Assembly: GCA_015680685.1 (NCBI GenBank)
Contig: MNCI01000721.1
Span: 540,266-604,257, forward strand
Length of the DNA stretch: 63,992 bases
Direction of reading: 5' to 3'
Source of the DNA: Gnetum montanum
Taxonomy: Eukaryota > Plantae > Gnetophyta
Shown here: piece after piece, positions 11,914-24,689 of the stretch
Layout of the letters: each line of letters begins with the position of its first letter
Numbering within the stretch: the first letter of the stretch is position 1
Translations under genes and position numbers: made by a program
Notes under the pieces: model-generated
Told to the model about the DNA's origin: nothing
The model's input: the letters and a program-made list of their open reading frames with translations, nothing else
Databases searched by the model: none

Positions 11914-12731
11914 NNNNNNNNNNNNNNNNNNNNNNNNNNNNNNNNNNNNNNNNNNNNNNNNNNNNNNNNNNNNNNNNNNNNNNNNNNNNNNNNNNNNNNN
12001 NNNNNNNNNNNNNNNNNNNNNNNNNNNNNNNNNNNNNNNNNNNNNNNNNNNNNNNNNNNNNNNNNNNNNNNNNNNNNNNNNNNNNNNNNNNNNNNNNNNN
12101 NNNNNNNNNNNNNNNNNNNNNNNNNNNNNNNNNNNNNNNNNNNNNNNNNNNNNNNNNNNNNNNNNNNNNNNNNNNNNNNNNNNNNNNNNNNNNNNNNNNN
12201 NNNNNNNNNNNNNNNNNNNNNNNNNNNNNNNNNNNNNNNNNNNNNNNNNNNNNNNNNNNNNNNNNNNNNNNNNNNNNNNNNNNNNNNNNNNNNNNNNNNN
12301 NNNNNNNNNNNNNNNNNNNNNNNNNNNNNNNNNNNNNNNNNNNNNNNNNNNNNNNNNNNNNNNNNNNNNNNNNNNNNNNNNNNNNNNNNNNNNNNNNNNN
12401 NNNNNNNNNNNNNNNNNNNNNNNNNNNNNNNNNNNNNNNNNNNNNNNNNNNNNNNNNNNNNNNNNNNNNNNNNNNNNNNNNNNNNNNNNNNNNNNNNNNN
12501 NNNNNNNNNNNNNNNNNNNNNNNNNNNNNNNNNNNNNNNNNNNNNNNNNNNNNNNNNNNNNNNNNNNNNNNNNNNNNNNNNNNNNNNNNNNNNNNNNNNN
12601 NNNNNNNNNNNNNNNNNNNNNNNNNNNNNNNNNNNNNNNNNNNNNNNNNNNNNNNNNNNNNNNNNNNNNNNNNNNNNNNNNNNNNNNNNNNNNNNNNNNN
12701 NNNNNNNNNNNNNNNNNNNNNNNNNNNNNNN

Positions 12732-14159
12732 NGAAGAGCGTGGGAGGGCTCTATACCAGTCTAAAGCTTTCCCCGTCAATGACATCGCAAAGACTCGGAC
12801 TAAAGTGTGCAGCCACTGTTGTAACAACAAAGATTTGGACCTGAAGGTGGCTAGATGGGTGTTGGGATCCCCTTCCCCATTATACTTGGTAAAATGGGGG
12901 AGGGACATCCCTGGCGGCAACGACAGCATGGGGACCGCTGGATTGATCGGATCATCCTGATAGAAATCCATGATCTGAATGGTATTAGACCCAGCGGTCT
13001 TGAGGCGTCACACCTCCTCAGTAAGCGTCTGGATAAGCTGGAACACTTGATCTAGACCTGTTAACGGAGGTGTCTGTGCAGCAGGCATAGGAGGTTGGAC
13101 TGGGTGGGCGGCCCTAGGAAACTAGAATGCTGGGTACGGTTGACTAACCGCTGGTGGAGCAGGGATTCCTGCAGGTTGAGGGGCCTGCGAAGGCCTCCAT
13201 CCACTGGTCTGAGACGAGAGGTTAACTCCTGCCTGCTGCGCAGGATAATGGTAGGTATATCGAGAAAGCACCCGCGAAAATTGTGCCGCAGGTGTAACCG
13301 AAGGCTGTGCATCGTAAACCGCAGACGGGTATTGTTGCGCAGCAGGGTTGGCCCACTGACTTGTTGCTGGGTATTGAACCAAGGTTTGCTGTGGTACGGT
13401 TACAGTATGTTGCTGAGTCGGCGGGGGCAGAAACCTTTGCACTGAGCGAGTTGTCGGTACAATGTGAGACTGTGCCTGAGGGATGAAATGAGACGTGGTG
13501 GTCGCCGGGATCACCGTCGGAATACTAAGCACCTGCTGCGACGGACCCACCTCCACGTTATGGTGCAGTTGTTGTGCTTGCCACTCGGACGGCTGTGCCT
13601 GGGCCAGCGGAAAGCCAGGAAGTTGTGCCTGCGCGGTCGCGGCTGGGTCAAGAGAGGCTGCCTCTCCGTCAAAAGGGAACAACGGATCTTCTTGCGTGTG
13701 GAGCGGCAGAGTATGGAACGAATGTTCCGACAGGGCCGCGAATTCGTCCTCTGCCTCTTCCTCACGCTGGGGTTCCGCCACAGGTTGTGAAGCCTGGCCT
13801 CTGGCCATGACCAACTGTGCCATAATTTCATGTTGGTGCTCGGTCAAGGGGATTATGTCATAGGCCGTTGGCTTAAAATCATGACCCCCTCGATGGAGCG
13901 CTTCAAAGTTTCGCTTTGCCTCCCGCTCAGCTCGGCTAAGAGCCAGCCTCGCCTGGATCTTAACGCATATAAAATTGTATTCTTCAGGGGTTATGGCCGG
14001 AAAGATAGGCTCTTTCCCCTGAAGCCTCAATGATCGGCGCAATGGTCCCTGAGGTCCCGTTGCACCAGGAGCTGGTCCTGTGACCACCGTAGGATTCACA
14101 GGCGCAACACCCAGATCGAGGGTAACCATGGCGGTTGTGTTTGAGTAAAAAGAATCCAT
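12732..14159 (-). pseudogene. Gag: long Q/P-rich N-terminus plus Retrotrans_gag domain
   Basis: PHFTKYNGEGDPNTHL...FAMSLTGKALDWY. ORFs 13122-14159 and 12971 share a frame, broken by TAG (13122) and TGA (13008), both explicable by C>T. Confidence 0.85.
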
Positions 14160-14413
14160 TGATCAATGAAGTGAAGAGTGACTGATAATCGGATCTAAAA
14201 GCGAATGGCTGGCAACAGATCGGATCTAAAAGCGAATGGCTGGCAACAAATGCACAAAAGGCTTTCTACCCTGTAGGATTTCAAAGAAATCGTCCTTGCG
14301 ACCGATCTATACCACGCGATTAACCGTAGACTTCCCTAGAGGTATTACGTCTATGGTTTAGGGTATGGATCTCTAACAGGGTTACCCGAAATATTCGGAT
14401 CGGAGCCTGAAGG

Positions 14414-14430
14414 CCCTCCTTCTAGCGCCA
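14414..14430 (-). promoter_or_regulatory. Primer binding site, tRNA-Asn
   Basis: Minus strand TGGCGCTAGAAGGAGGG is complementary to the plant tRNA-Asn(GUU) 3' end CCCTCCTTCTAGCG+CCA; 6 nt from the LTR end. Confidence 0.85.
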
Positions 14431-14436
14431 GAAAAC

Positions 14437-15925
14437 TGTAACGACAGAAAACGTCGGCAGCTGGAAATACCGACCGATATTCCGGCGTACGCAGTTTTAA
14501 CCACGGATCCGCGCGAGGGCTAAGCTGGAAAAACGAATCCACGGTGCTCTGAACGGTCTTGTCGATCAGACAGGGACTTACGGGTCAGTAAAATGATGAG
14601 AATTACGCGGAGAGAAAGCGATCTGTTTCGAAGAATGGTAAAACGAGGGGAAAACGATGTAGTTGGATTGCAACGGCGATAATGCTAAACACGATAAGAA
14701 GAGGAGGCTGGCAAAAGAGAAACACGTAGCTTCAAGATCTGCGCTTTGACTTACAAATGTACATTTCGTATGAGAAATTACACTGGGGAATCCCCGATTA
14801 CAGGATGTGAAACAAGCACAGAACAACAAGCAAAACGGTTTAAACAGAAGTCCGATCTACCTCGTGGGCTAAGCTGAGATGCAAGGCGGGCCAAGCTTTG
14901 ATGTCCACCGATCAACTATTTCTGATTGATAGAGTCTTTTCAGCAGAAAGATTACTTCCGTCACCGGTGCTCAAATCGAACTGTGCTCTGCTTTGGCTGT
15001 AAGGTGATGATGTCCACAATTGCCGAAACGCTGTTCTTTGTATCTCTGCTCCAAAGTGCTAAGTGCTCTGGTGCTCAGAAATATGCTTTTTTTTTTGCTT
15101 CTCTCATTTGCCAACCCCGTGTCTTTGTCAACTGAGGTATTTATAGGTCGCGACGCTCTGTGAAAAAGGCGCAACCCTGATGACGTGGGTTCCAGATATT
15201 GCGGATCCCGTTGACTTGCTCATTTTAAGTCAGACTGTGACTACGCACAACACGCTCGTCTGCGTGCTGCGCGTGTAAAGAGCAGGTACAGGCTGAGCGT
15301 GCTTCAACTGTCTTCAGGCTGCATTACACTCATTCGCGTTGTGTCGTGTGTATGAGTGTAATCTGGTGTAGACAACAACAGGCTTAAAATTGTTTTTACG
15401 CTCACTACGCAGCTGTGCGTAACCGTGCGTAAATAATGTGTCACTTACGCTCACTACGCAGCCGCGCGTGATGAAGCGTAAACAATGTGCAACTTACGCT
15501 CACTACGCAGCCGTGCGTGATGAAGCGTAAACAATGTGCAGCTTAAATGATGACGTACGTAATGGCACGCACCGCCGCTTAACAAGCGTAAAGACACATT
15601 ACTCCTGCGTTGCAAGAAAAAGTGTTGAACTGTTGTGCTTCGCTGGCCTTTGACTATTTTGGAGCTTATCACGCTCATTACGCTGCCGTGCGTAATAGAG
15701 CGTAAACTTGTCCTTGAACGAAAAGACTTAGCAGAACACACAGGAAATCGCATATTACGCTGCTTAGGCTTTTCTCTGTGCTGGAGCAACTATCTTTCTG
15801 ATGCTAGGCTACCTCGAAACATCTATCACGCTGAGCGTCATTATGTTATGTCGCGTGATATAGGGTGAACAACAGAATTTGATGTTGCTCGCTTCCCCTG
15901 ACTCGCAATTTTTAACGGTGTTTCA
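14437..15925 (-). repeat. 5' LTR, about 1489 bp
   Basis: TG...CA termini (tgtaac / gtttca), adjacent PBS, identity with 1-579, three internal 49-bp units at 15396-15542. Confidence 0.9.
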
Positions 15926-18900
15926 GAGTTGATAAAGAAAAATGCATCATTTATCTAGACCAAGAAATGTGAACATGCATTCTAGCAACTCAAGCATAAG
16001 ATTGTAGAAACTCCCATTCTACAATCACCAGACTCGTTCAGACTATTCCATATCATGACAGATGCATCTAACTATGCCTTTTGGGGTCATGCTGACACAG
16101 ATTAACGATAAAAAATGTTCATACCATATCCACTGTACCAGTAGGAGCATTGTGGGTGCATAGCTTAACTACATAACCACTGAAAAGGAGCTAATGGTGG
16201 TGGTGTATCCATTGAAGAAATTTAGGTACTGTGTGCTTGGATAGAAAGTGTTTATGCACAAAGACCATAGTGTTATCTGATTCCTCATGAATAAACCAGT
16301 GATGAGCCCTTATGTTATACGATGGCTGATGATTCTTTAAAAGTTTGATCTAACGATGGTGGATAGAAAGGGAATTAAGAATGTGATGGCTGATCTCTTG
16401 TCTCAGTTATGATGGAACAGCAAGGAGGAGGAGAGCTCATTATTAGACCAGTTTCCTGATGAACTCCTCTTTGTGGTGCTATTACTAAACAAGACCCTAA
16501 AGAAACCAACTGGTACAAGAACATCCTATCACTCAAGAGATTCCATAGGGATGGAACCACAAGAAGAAATAGTAGTTTCTTCACCAGGCCAAACACTTCA
16601 TGGAGATCAAGGGCAACCTTTACAAGGTTTTTGCATATGGCCTAGTACAATGATATGTCTTTGAGGCAAATCATCTATGAGTCCTCCAAGATGCACATAA
16701 GGATCCTTGTGGGGACCACTATGCTAGGAAGTTAATAGCCATTAAGATCCTTATCCTAAGGTACTATTGGGCTACACTCTTTAGGAATGCCCATCACTTC
16801 ATCTACTCTTGTGACAAATGCCAATGTGATGGGGGGATGACTGCTTGTATGGAAGGATCCCAATAGTGGATCAAACTACTAGAGCCTTTTAATCTTTGGA
16901 GAATTGACTTTATGAGGTCCATCAACCCCATGTCCAATGGAAAGGCATACATCATTATAGCCATTGACTATTGCACAAAATGGGCAGAAGTTGTAGTTAT
17001 CACCGACTGTACATCATCTACAATGGCCTAGTTTGTACAACAATATGTTGTAAATAGGCTTGGAATGTCATGTGCACTTATTTCTAATAATGGTACATAT
17101 TTCATAAGTGCTACTTTTTGTAAACTCATGCAGCACTTGGGGGTTGAGCATAAATTAACAACTCCATATCACTGCTAAACCAATAGTTAAGCTATGGTCA
17201 ACAATAGGAAGATAACCAAAATATTAATAAGAACAATTAGTAAATATAGGAGGGAATGGATCTTTAAACTCAATGATACTCTTTAGGCTTATCGTTCAAC
17301 ATGGAAACTTCCTATAGGATACTCTCCCTATGAGCTCATGTATGAAAAGCTCCCAACACTTCCTATCCAAGCAGAACTTCATACACTTTCAACTTCATGT
17401 GACCTAGACTTGAACCTAAGCTTAGAATAAAAAGAAAAATTGGTAAGCCTCAATGTGCTAGATGAGAACTGCTTAGTGGTCTTGTCATCAAACAAAGTGC
17501 ACAAGGCATACAATAAATGACGACATGACCTTACGATTAGGAAAGTTAAGTTTTAATTGGGCAATAAGGTGCCCTATTGGAATCCAATGCATGTTCCTCA
17601 ATGAATGAAATTTCAAATGCTATGGAAAGGCCCTTACATTATTAATGAAACCTTTTAGTCTAGGGCCATGATCTACAAACCTAATAGCTCAAATAAAAAA
17701 TTACTAGTCAAAACTTAACAAATAAAGCCTTTCCATGAACAGTAAGTAACCAGTGGACATAATGCCTCAACAAATCATCAAGCACACTTGATCTTTTAGA
17801 TCTCCCCCTTCAAACTTAGTTGTGGGGGAGATGGCCATCTATATTGAGATTCTACAACATGGCTCCTCAATTTTTACCTTTTTTTTTGTTTTACACAATC
17901 TTTAGTATATTTTCCATTTTCTTGGATATTTTATAATTTTTTCTATATTTTGCTTTATTTGAATTTTCTTTACATTCCTTTATTTTTCTTTATTTCCATG
18001 AGGAATTTGATGCCAACTACAGCTACTATCAATGGTGGTTTGAAACTTTATTGATTACTTGATTGCGATATGATTGGATTTTATTTTAGAATTTTGACGT
18101 TTACTAATGAGGCATTGATTTTTTTCATGTTAATAGGCAATGTGTCCATGTCATCCACCACTCTACTTAACTCTATGGTATTTCCTCATTTTGAAAATAT
18201 GAGGTCCCTTGTTAATAAGAATTTATAACAAATTGATGACCTTTGTACTTTCCAAACATGGAACGAATTAAGTGGATTGATAAGGAAATCACTTCAAAGG
18301 AATTTGTCACTTTTATACCTGCTTGTTATTGGAGTTACATGAGTATTTCCATGGATTTCTCACCATTCCTCTATTGACCAATAAATAGGAAACAATATCT
18401 TTGCATGGTGTGGTTCCCACTAAAAAAAAGGTAATAATGGAAATCCAAAGCACATTCCTTAGACACAATAATAGGCTACAAGCACTAGTTATGGGGCTAG
18501 AAAGACATCTTATCCATGCCTAAAGGTATGTCTCTAACTAAGACCCTTTTTATTTCCTACTGCTCTTTTCTTCTTTCCTTGGAATGATGAGTGGACTATG
18601 GAGATGTTCTTGTATCTTGGAGGATGGAATAGTCTAAGGTATTGATGTAAAGTCACTAGAAGTGGATGGTCTTGATTTGGACTAAGCAAGGAAGTTCTCT
18701 GGTCATACTTAATCACATCTTCCACAAGGGACTTCATGTGACCACCATGGAGAACTCCATTTCATACTCTCTTTCATCCATAAATTCTTTCCATAAACTA
18801 CCTCACTACCTCTTTTCATGATTGTTTTAATAGGTTCATTTGGTAAATAGTTGAAATTCTTTGATGACTCCTTTGGTGATTTGGTCTTTAATGTTCCACA

Positions 18901-19758
18901 ACCATTAATCATCCTTGGGGCACACATACTTCTTGGTTTGAGGGCATGCCAGGGCATTAAGGACATGAGCCTACTATGGGGAGGATTAACTTGCATACTC
19001 CTTGGTTGGGATGGTTGAACTCTTTATCCCTTAGCCATTCACTCTCAAACCTTACAATTTCCACCACGATGCATCCAGTTTTGGCCCTTCTTGACTTCTT
19101 AATCTTCTAAAAATCTCCATTTCATAAGTAGTCTAAGCCCTCTTCAAGCATTCCCTAGTATTCTAGGCTTTTCTAGCTTCCTCTATCCTCCAACTTTATG
19201 AAAAAAATATTTGTCTTTATTTAGTTTTTAAATGGAAAAAATTTTGGTTTTTGGCTATGTCGACGCATCCCCATCAACGTAGCTAATGTGTCAATGCAGC
19301 ACAAAAATACTAGATATACCCATCGACACTTAGCCAATTTTTATCATTTGCTTCCAAACACCTAAGGAGTTTTTGTAGTTTTTAGAGTCCAAAACCTTCC
19401 AGAACAAGTATCTTTCAAACTGCTTGTCCAAAACACTCTATTATTTGATCCTACAGCTACCAAAGGTGAGATTTACATCATGGGGTCCACAAACCATAGG
19501 TTTTTAATAGAAAATTTTTTGAAATTTTTCTAACTCCCATAAGGTTTAACTAATAAAACAATATTAAAAATCATTAATTTATCAAAGTTAAACCTCATCA
19601 ACAAACTCAAGTAGCTAACATAATAAAATAATAATAAAACAATGATCAATCTACCACAATCACAACTTAACCTAAGTGTAATTGGCCAAGAAGACAAGGT
19701 ATCAAAGTGTTCTAAGTTACACATCAAAAGCTAATCCTTGGTTATGGTGTGATTATAG

Positions 19759-22510
19759 ATGGCACCAAGATCTAAAAGGATGTAGAAGGAAGAACCATCC
19801 CAACTAAGGAACAAGTAACCAAGAGAGGAAAGGGACTAGTAGTTGTAACCACCCTAAGAAGGAGAGGTAGAAACTCATGCAACAGGACCCCTTTGAGGGT
19901 TGTCCAAAGTGGAATCTATCCAACAAATTCACATAGTGGAGACTGGCTAGTTATAGAGAGATGAGGTGCTTGGGCCTAGACTGAATTTGGAGGTCACCTT
20001 GATTAAGGCCTACTTGAGACAAACTGGCACTAAGAAGATCAAAGGTTTAGTTCTTCAAGAACTTAAATTTAAACCCTTCTTAAACTTGGCATCAAAAGAG
20101 GTAAAAACTTAGCTACAAGCCTCTTCCATGTGGCCTATCCTCATGCCGAGTGGGGAGTGGTACAAGGGAGAGACATACCTCTTCTAGAATAATAGGCAAG
20201 CAAATGCCATGGTCAAGATCAAGGACATCAGTGTATCCTATTTGGTCAAGGTCATCTCAGAGGCCCTTGGGTTGCTGGATACTAGGATAACCTTAATGGA
20301 GATTTCGATGTAGGAAGACCCAGAGGTCAAGAAAGAATGGATCCAATGGTACTATGGTCCACTCACTAAGGTAGAAAGGGCATATTTCAAAATTTTGTCC
20401 TATCACCTCAACCCAACGATAAGGTTGAGGAAAATTACAACCTTCTCTGCTCATGCATATGCCACTCTAAATGGTAAATTCCCAGTCAACCTTCCACAAC
20501 TTATATTCTTGGAGATCAAGAAAAGGTTCAAAGAGAATAAGTATGGAAGGAAGACACTTCCCTTTCCATGCCTCATCAAAAAATTAAGCAAAAGGAGAGG
20601 CATAGCGCATTATGCAAATGATATGCTTTATCATGCTAAAGCTACATCTTGGCAGGAGATGATGAAGGACAAAGCACTAGCCAAGCTGTAAGAAGAGGAG
20701 CAGTAACCACCAACTCAAGAAACAACACTAAAGGCTTGTGCTTCCATCAAGCACATGCAAAAGCTTTGTGAGCAACTCCTATAGTAGTAACAAGAAGCAC
20801 CAAGTAGTGGGAAACCATTAGTCTACTAGCTAGCTTTGAGCTATTTGAATGAGGTAACTTGAACAATAAGCTAGTTGGAGGAGACTACACCACTGTTCTC
20901 CACACAAAGGATGCAGGTGCCTACAAGGTCAAATTTGAACACCTGGGAGGTGATGGTGTCCATCCTAGGACAACAATAATTACCAAAGATCTGTGGGAAT
21001 GTTGCCACTTTTTGATGCAATTAGAGGGTGAAAAGGCAACTATCTTGGTGATGCAGTATCACAAATAGGAGATAGTAGTAGAGGTGGTGGCTGATCATGT
21101 AGCAAAGGTACTCAATGCTCTTTGTGGCTACTGTGCTAGACATTATTACACTTAAAGACATGTAGACATATGTAGGAGCAAGTGGAAGGCTAAGTGCAGC
21201 CCAACATAAGAAGGTGCTAGACTAACTAGTGGGTACCAAGCAACTACTTCCAGAGATCTTTGATCTTCCAGATAATAGCATTGCTACCTACTTGGAGCTA
21301 CTAGAAGTTAAGGGTAAGGTCATCATCTCCAATGCCCAACTTAAGGTAGTCACATCCAAAAACAGATAGTTGGCTACTAAGGTTGTGGAGTTGAGAGCTT
21401 GATTAACTAATCTGACCCTTCTTAGCTAGGTAATAACAAAGGATGAAGCTTTCCTATAGCTCCAAAATAGATTAAAAGAGACTAAGAACACAAAGGAGAT
21501 GATAGTCTTTGATGCATCCCTATCGGAGGCCTTGGCCTACAACATCGAGAAGGACCAATCACAAGTTCGCAAAAAGAATATAGTTCTCACTAAGAAAAAT
21601 CATCACTTGAAGAATATTGAAGCACAGAAAGAACAAATGATGGAATTTGTGCAACAACAGCAGGAGTAGCTTGCCAAGGTGAACATGGATTTGAGGAGGT
21701 TGGCTGCTAAAAATTGTAATCTCATGCACTTCACTAAAAATCAGCCCTTGAGATAGCCACCTAAAAGAATGAGGTCCTAAAGTTTGAATGAGTTAAATAT
21801 CACTACAAGAACCAGGTTTGGCTTCTCAAAGATGTTAATGAAAAAGAAAAATTCATTTGGTCACGGCGAAGATGAATAAGGCTCTCTAGCAACTCCAATA
21901 AGGAGGTAACATGTGGCAACCCATCTTTGATGGGTTAAACACTTACAACAAAGTTGAAATCCACCTAAAGGAGTTGCAAATCGAGGAGATGATGGAATAT
22001 ATGAAGTTAGCCAACCTCTGATATGCAAACTTGGCAATGTTGATTGCTAGAAGGCCATTGTCAAAGATAGAAAAGCAAGTGGCTAGCTCATACCTCTTGT
22101 ATGAGGTAGAATTCAAGCATCACAAAGACACGACACAAAATTTGGAAATAGCTAATGCTTAGCTTGAAGTTCTCTAGGCCTACGTTATGGATCAATGATC
22201 AGTAATAGAGAACTTGACCAAGAGAATGAACAATTACTAGGAGCTGCAAAACCTTGTTAAGATGTTCAACATCAAACATAAATAATTTGCTACCTAGTTC
22301 ATAAACATCAAGGAGTTGTTCCTAACCATTCCCTATCTATGCGATGTTCTCATACTAGCTCACATTGGTGATGCTGTGTGAACTATGTACGATCCCCAAA
22401 CTAAGGAGGAGAAGATGAAGGCATTGCTGGATGCATTTCATCTTCCACCAAAAGTAACAACTATAGTAGGACAACCGCAACCACCTCAGCCTCAACCACC
22501 ACTACCATGA
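19759..22510 (+). pseudogene. Decayed extra ORF of the Athila-like element (Transposase_32/Athila-ORF-like domain plus coiled coil)
   Basis: MAPRSKRM start; VKVISEALGL; VNLPQLIFLEIKK...LPFPCLI; downstream E/K/Q-rich decayed frame. Confidence 0.6.
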
Positions 22511-22736
22511 GCACTGGAGGCTAGAGAAGGTTCGTTAACACCCCAAGGGCCTTCACCTCCTAGCATTGTTTGATCTTCTCTTTGTCTTTGGTCATCAAAG
22601 GAGCTCCAACTATCAATTCCGTAAGGATGTTCAAGTTTTTCTCCTAAACATCCATTGTTGTAATGAATGTAAATCTTTACAATCAAGCACTTAGAGTTAG
22701 TTAGCTGGTTAGTTAATTGGTTAGTGGTTTCATACC

Positions 22737-23784
22737 TGATGAGTGGCGAGGTACCCCTACACTTAACCATATGAAACGAGCATAGCACGCGCGATCCGGT
22801 CGAACTCCACAGACTAAATGCCTAAACGCCCCATAGAACACTTGGGGTTAATCATTCGTTGTCTTCCCAGACTTACTTGTTGTTGTCACGATGTATGGTT
22901 AAGTAAGGCCGAGGTATATGATTCTTTTGGTCTTTTTTGGTTTTTCTCCTATGCTAAAGGGTGAAGGGTTGAGAGAGTTAACTAACTCTAACTAAGGACC
23001 TAAGTCTAAATTAACTAGCGTCAGCATCCGTTCCCACTTACCGTACACACCCTGAACTATGCAACTGTGGCTACCAAACACTAATCGTTACTGGGATCAC
23101 CACACGTAACGCACATGCTCGAAGTGGTCGTACTGAGGCACCTAATTAGCCTAAGTGTGATAAGCAGCCGATTCCTTGACTAGCCGTACACACTCGTAGG
23201 TGCTTGTAGCCAAGTCGTACTTATCCCATGTTCTAGCCTAATGTGATGAGTAGCCGATTCCTTGACTAGCCGTACACACTGGACTACCACTGGGATTACC
23301 AAGCATAGATCCTGGATACGCTACTGGGTTACCAAGCAATCACAATGCTCGTAATCAAGTCGTACTCATACCACGTTGCGACGAGCAACCGATTCCTTGA
23401 CTAGCCATACACATTTGTAGATGCTTGTAATCAAGTCGTACTCGTGCGCACTAACAACATGTAATAAATAACAAGTAATAAAACCTATCCATGTACTGCA
23501 AGGTTTATCCAATCAAGTTCGTCTTTATTGCCGTACACAACTTGTGTTCAGGTTACAAAGCTGCTCGAATAAAGAGCCGTTCACTCTAGGACTCCTACTG
23601 CGGGCACATGGGAAATTAATCTAACTCTGGAGTGATCAAACTGCCAGAGCTTCGCTACTTCTTGCCAGGATGGGAAATGAGGGGAGTGCCACCTCTTATT
23701 TATAGATTTGGTGGCGGACTGCGATATCGTGGCGGTGCATATCGCGTACGCGATATCGCGGCTTGTGCATATCGCGTCTCATCA
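22737..23784 (-). mobile_element. Solo LTR (1048 bp) with 5-bp TSD
   Basis: TGATGAG...CTCATCA termini, ATACC on both flanks (22732-22736, 23785-23789), minus-strand TATAAATA near 23700. Confidence 0.9.
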
Positions 23785-23863
23785 ATACCTTTCAAAATTT
23801 TGTAAGAAGCTTGATCCTCCTTTTGTTCACTCGAGGATGAGTTTTCAGTCAGTTGTGGAGGTA

Positions 23864-24677
23864 TGATGAATCATTGTTGGGTTATGTTGATGCATCCTTG
23901 TTGACACATGATTTGATACATTAACATGGTGTTTGTTTGTGCCTATATAAATGCATGCACCCAATACATTTATGGCATCAATTAGTTAATAGCTTAGCTA
24001 AGTTCTTGTAGTTTCTTCCTATAGAAGTTAGAATATTTTCTAAATATCGTAGTAAGAGTCAAGGGTTGTACAGATCATTATTCAAGCACCAATGTACCTG
24101 GACACATTGATGTGACAATAATAAAGACGAGATTCTTAATATACCTTGCACACTTGGAAATAGATTAATGTTTACTTTTATGCAATTTACTATTCATGCA
24201 CTTTACTTCCATGTTCTTAATTAATTAATGCACTTAATTAATACACATAAGTACGAGCACCTCGGGCATAATGTTAATGTTTGGTAATCCTAACAGTGCT
24301 ATTACTTGGTAACCCAGTAGCGTTATAATGCATTCAGGATATGAACGAAGGGTGGGATTGAATACTTATGCTAGGAAGTAGGCTAATACATTAGTTAGTC
24401 ACTTATATTAATACTTCATTAATTACTTTATTTCACGCTTAGGATAATTAGATAAAAATATAAAAATAATACAAATCATGTGTCTTGGCTTCACTTAACC
24501 ATACGCTTGTGCTTACACAAGTTTAGCTTGGAAGACAACGATCACACCCTTAAGTCACTATCTATACTATTGACATTTAGAGAGCTAAAGTCCATAGAAT
24601 TTGACTAGATCACTAGTGAATGCTTATGATTCATATGGTTAGGTGGTTGGGTGCAGGGTCTACTCTACCTCTCATCA
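23864..24677 (+). repeat. 3' LTR of the Athila-like element
   Basis: TGATGA...TCATCA termini, preceded by gttgtggaggta; CTATATAAAT at ~23943. Confidence 0.8.
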
Positions 24678-24689
24678 ATCTCTTTTATC

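Larger units (their letters stand above)
1..15925 (-). mobile_element. Ty3/Gypsy LTR retrotransposon, Tat/Ogre-like non-chromovirus; nearly full length, 3' LTR runs off the window start
   Basis: Two matching LTRs (offset 15346), PBS, PPT, and gag, PR, RT, RH, INT in Ty3 order on the minus strand. Several premature stops, those checked explicable by C>T. Internal N gaps. Confidence 0.95.
15926..24677 (+). mobile_element. Older degenerate Athila-like Ty3/Gypsy element, 3' half, interrupted by the element above
   Basis: Decayed RNase H (TDASNYA, NYITTEKEL, ~15950-16400), integrase (HKDPCGDHYA...YYW...CDKCQ, ~16690-17740), extra ORF, purine tract and LTR. Confidence 0.85.

Noticed and set aside
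1072-12960. Long ORFs containing X runs
   Set aside because: They are created by N gaps and are not evidence of continuous coding sequence.
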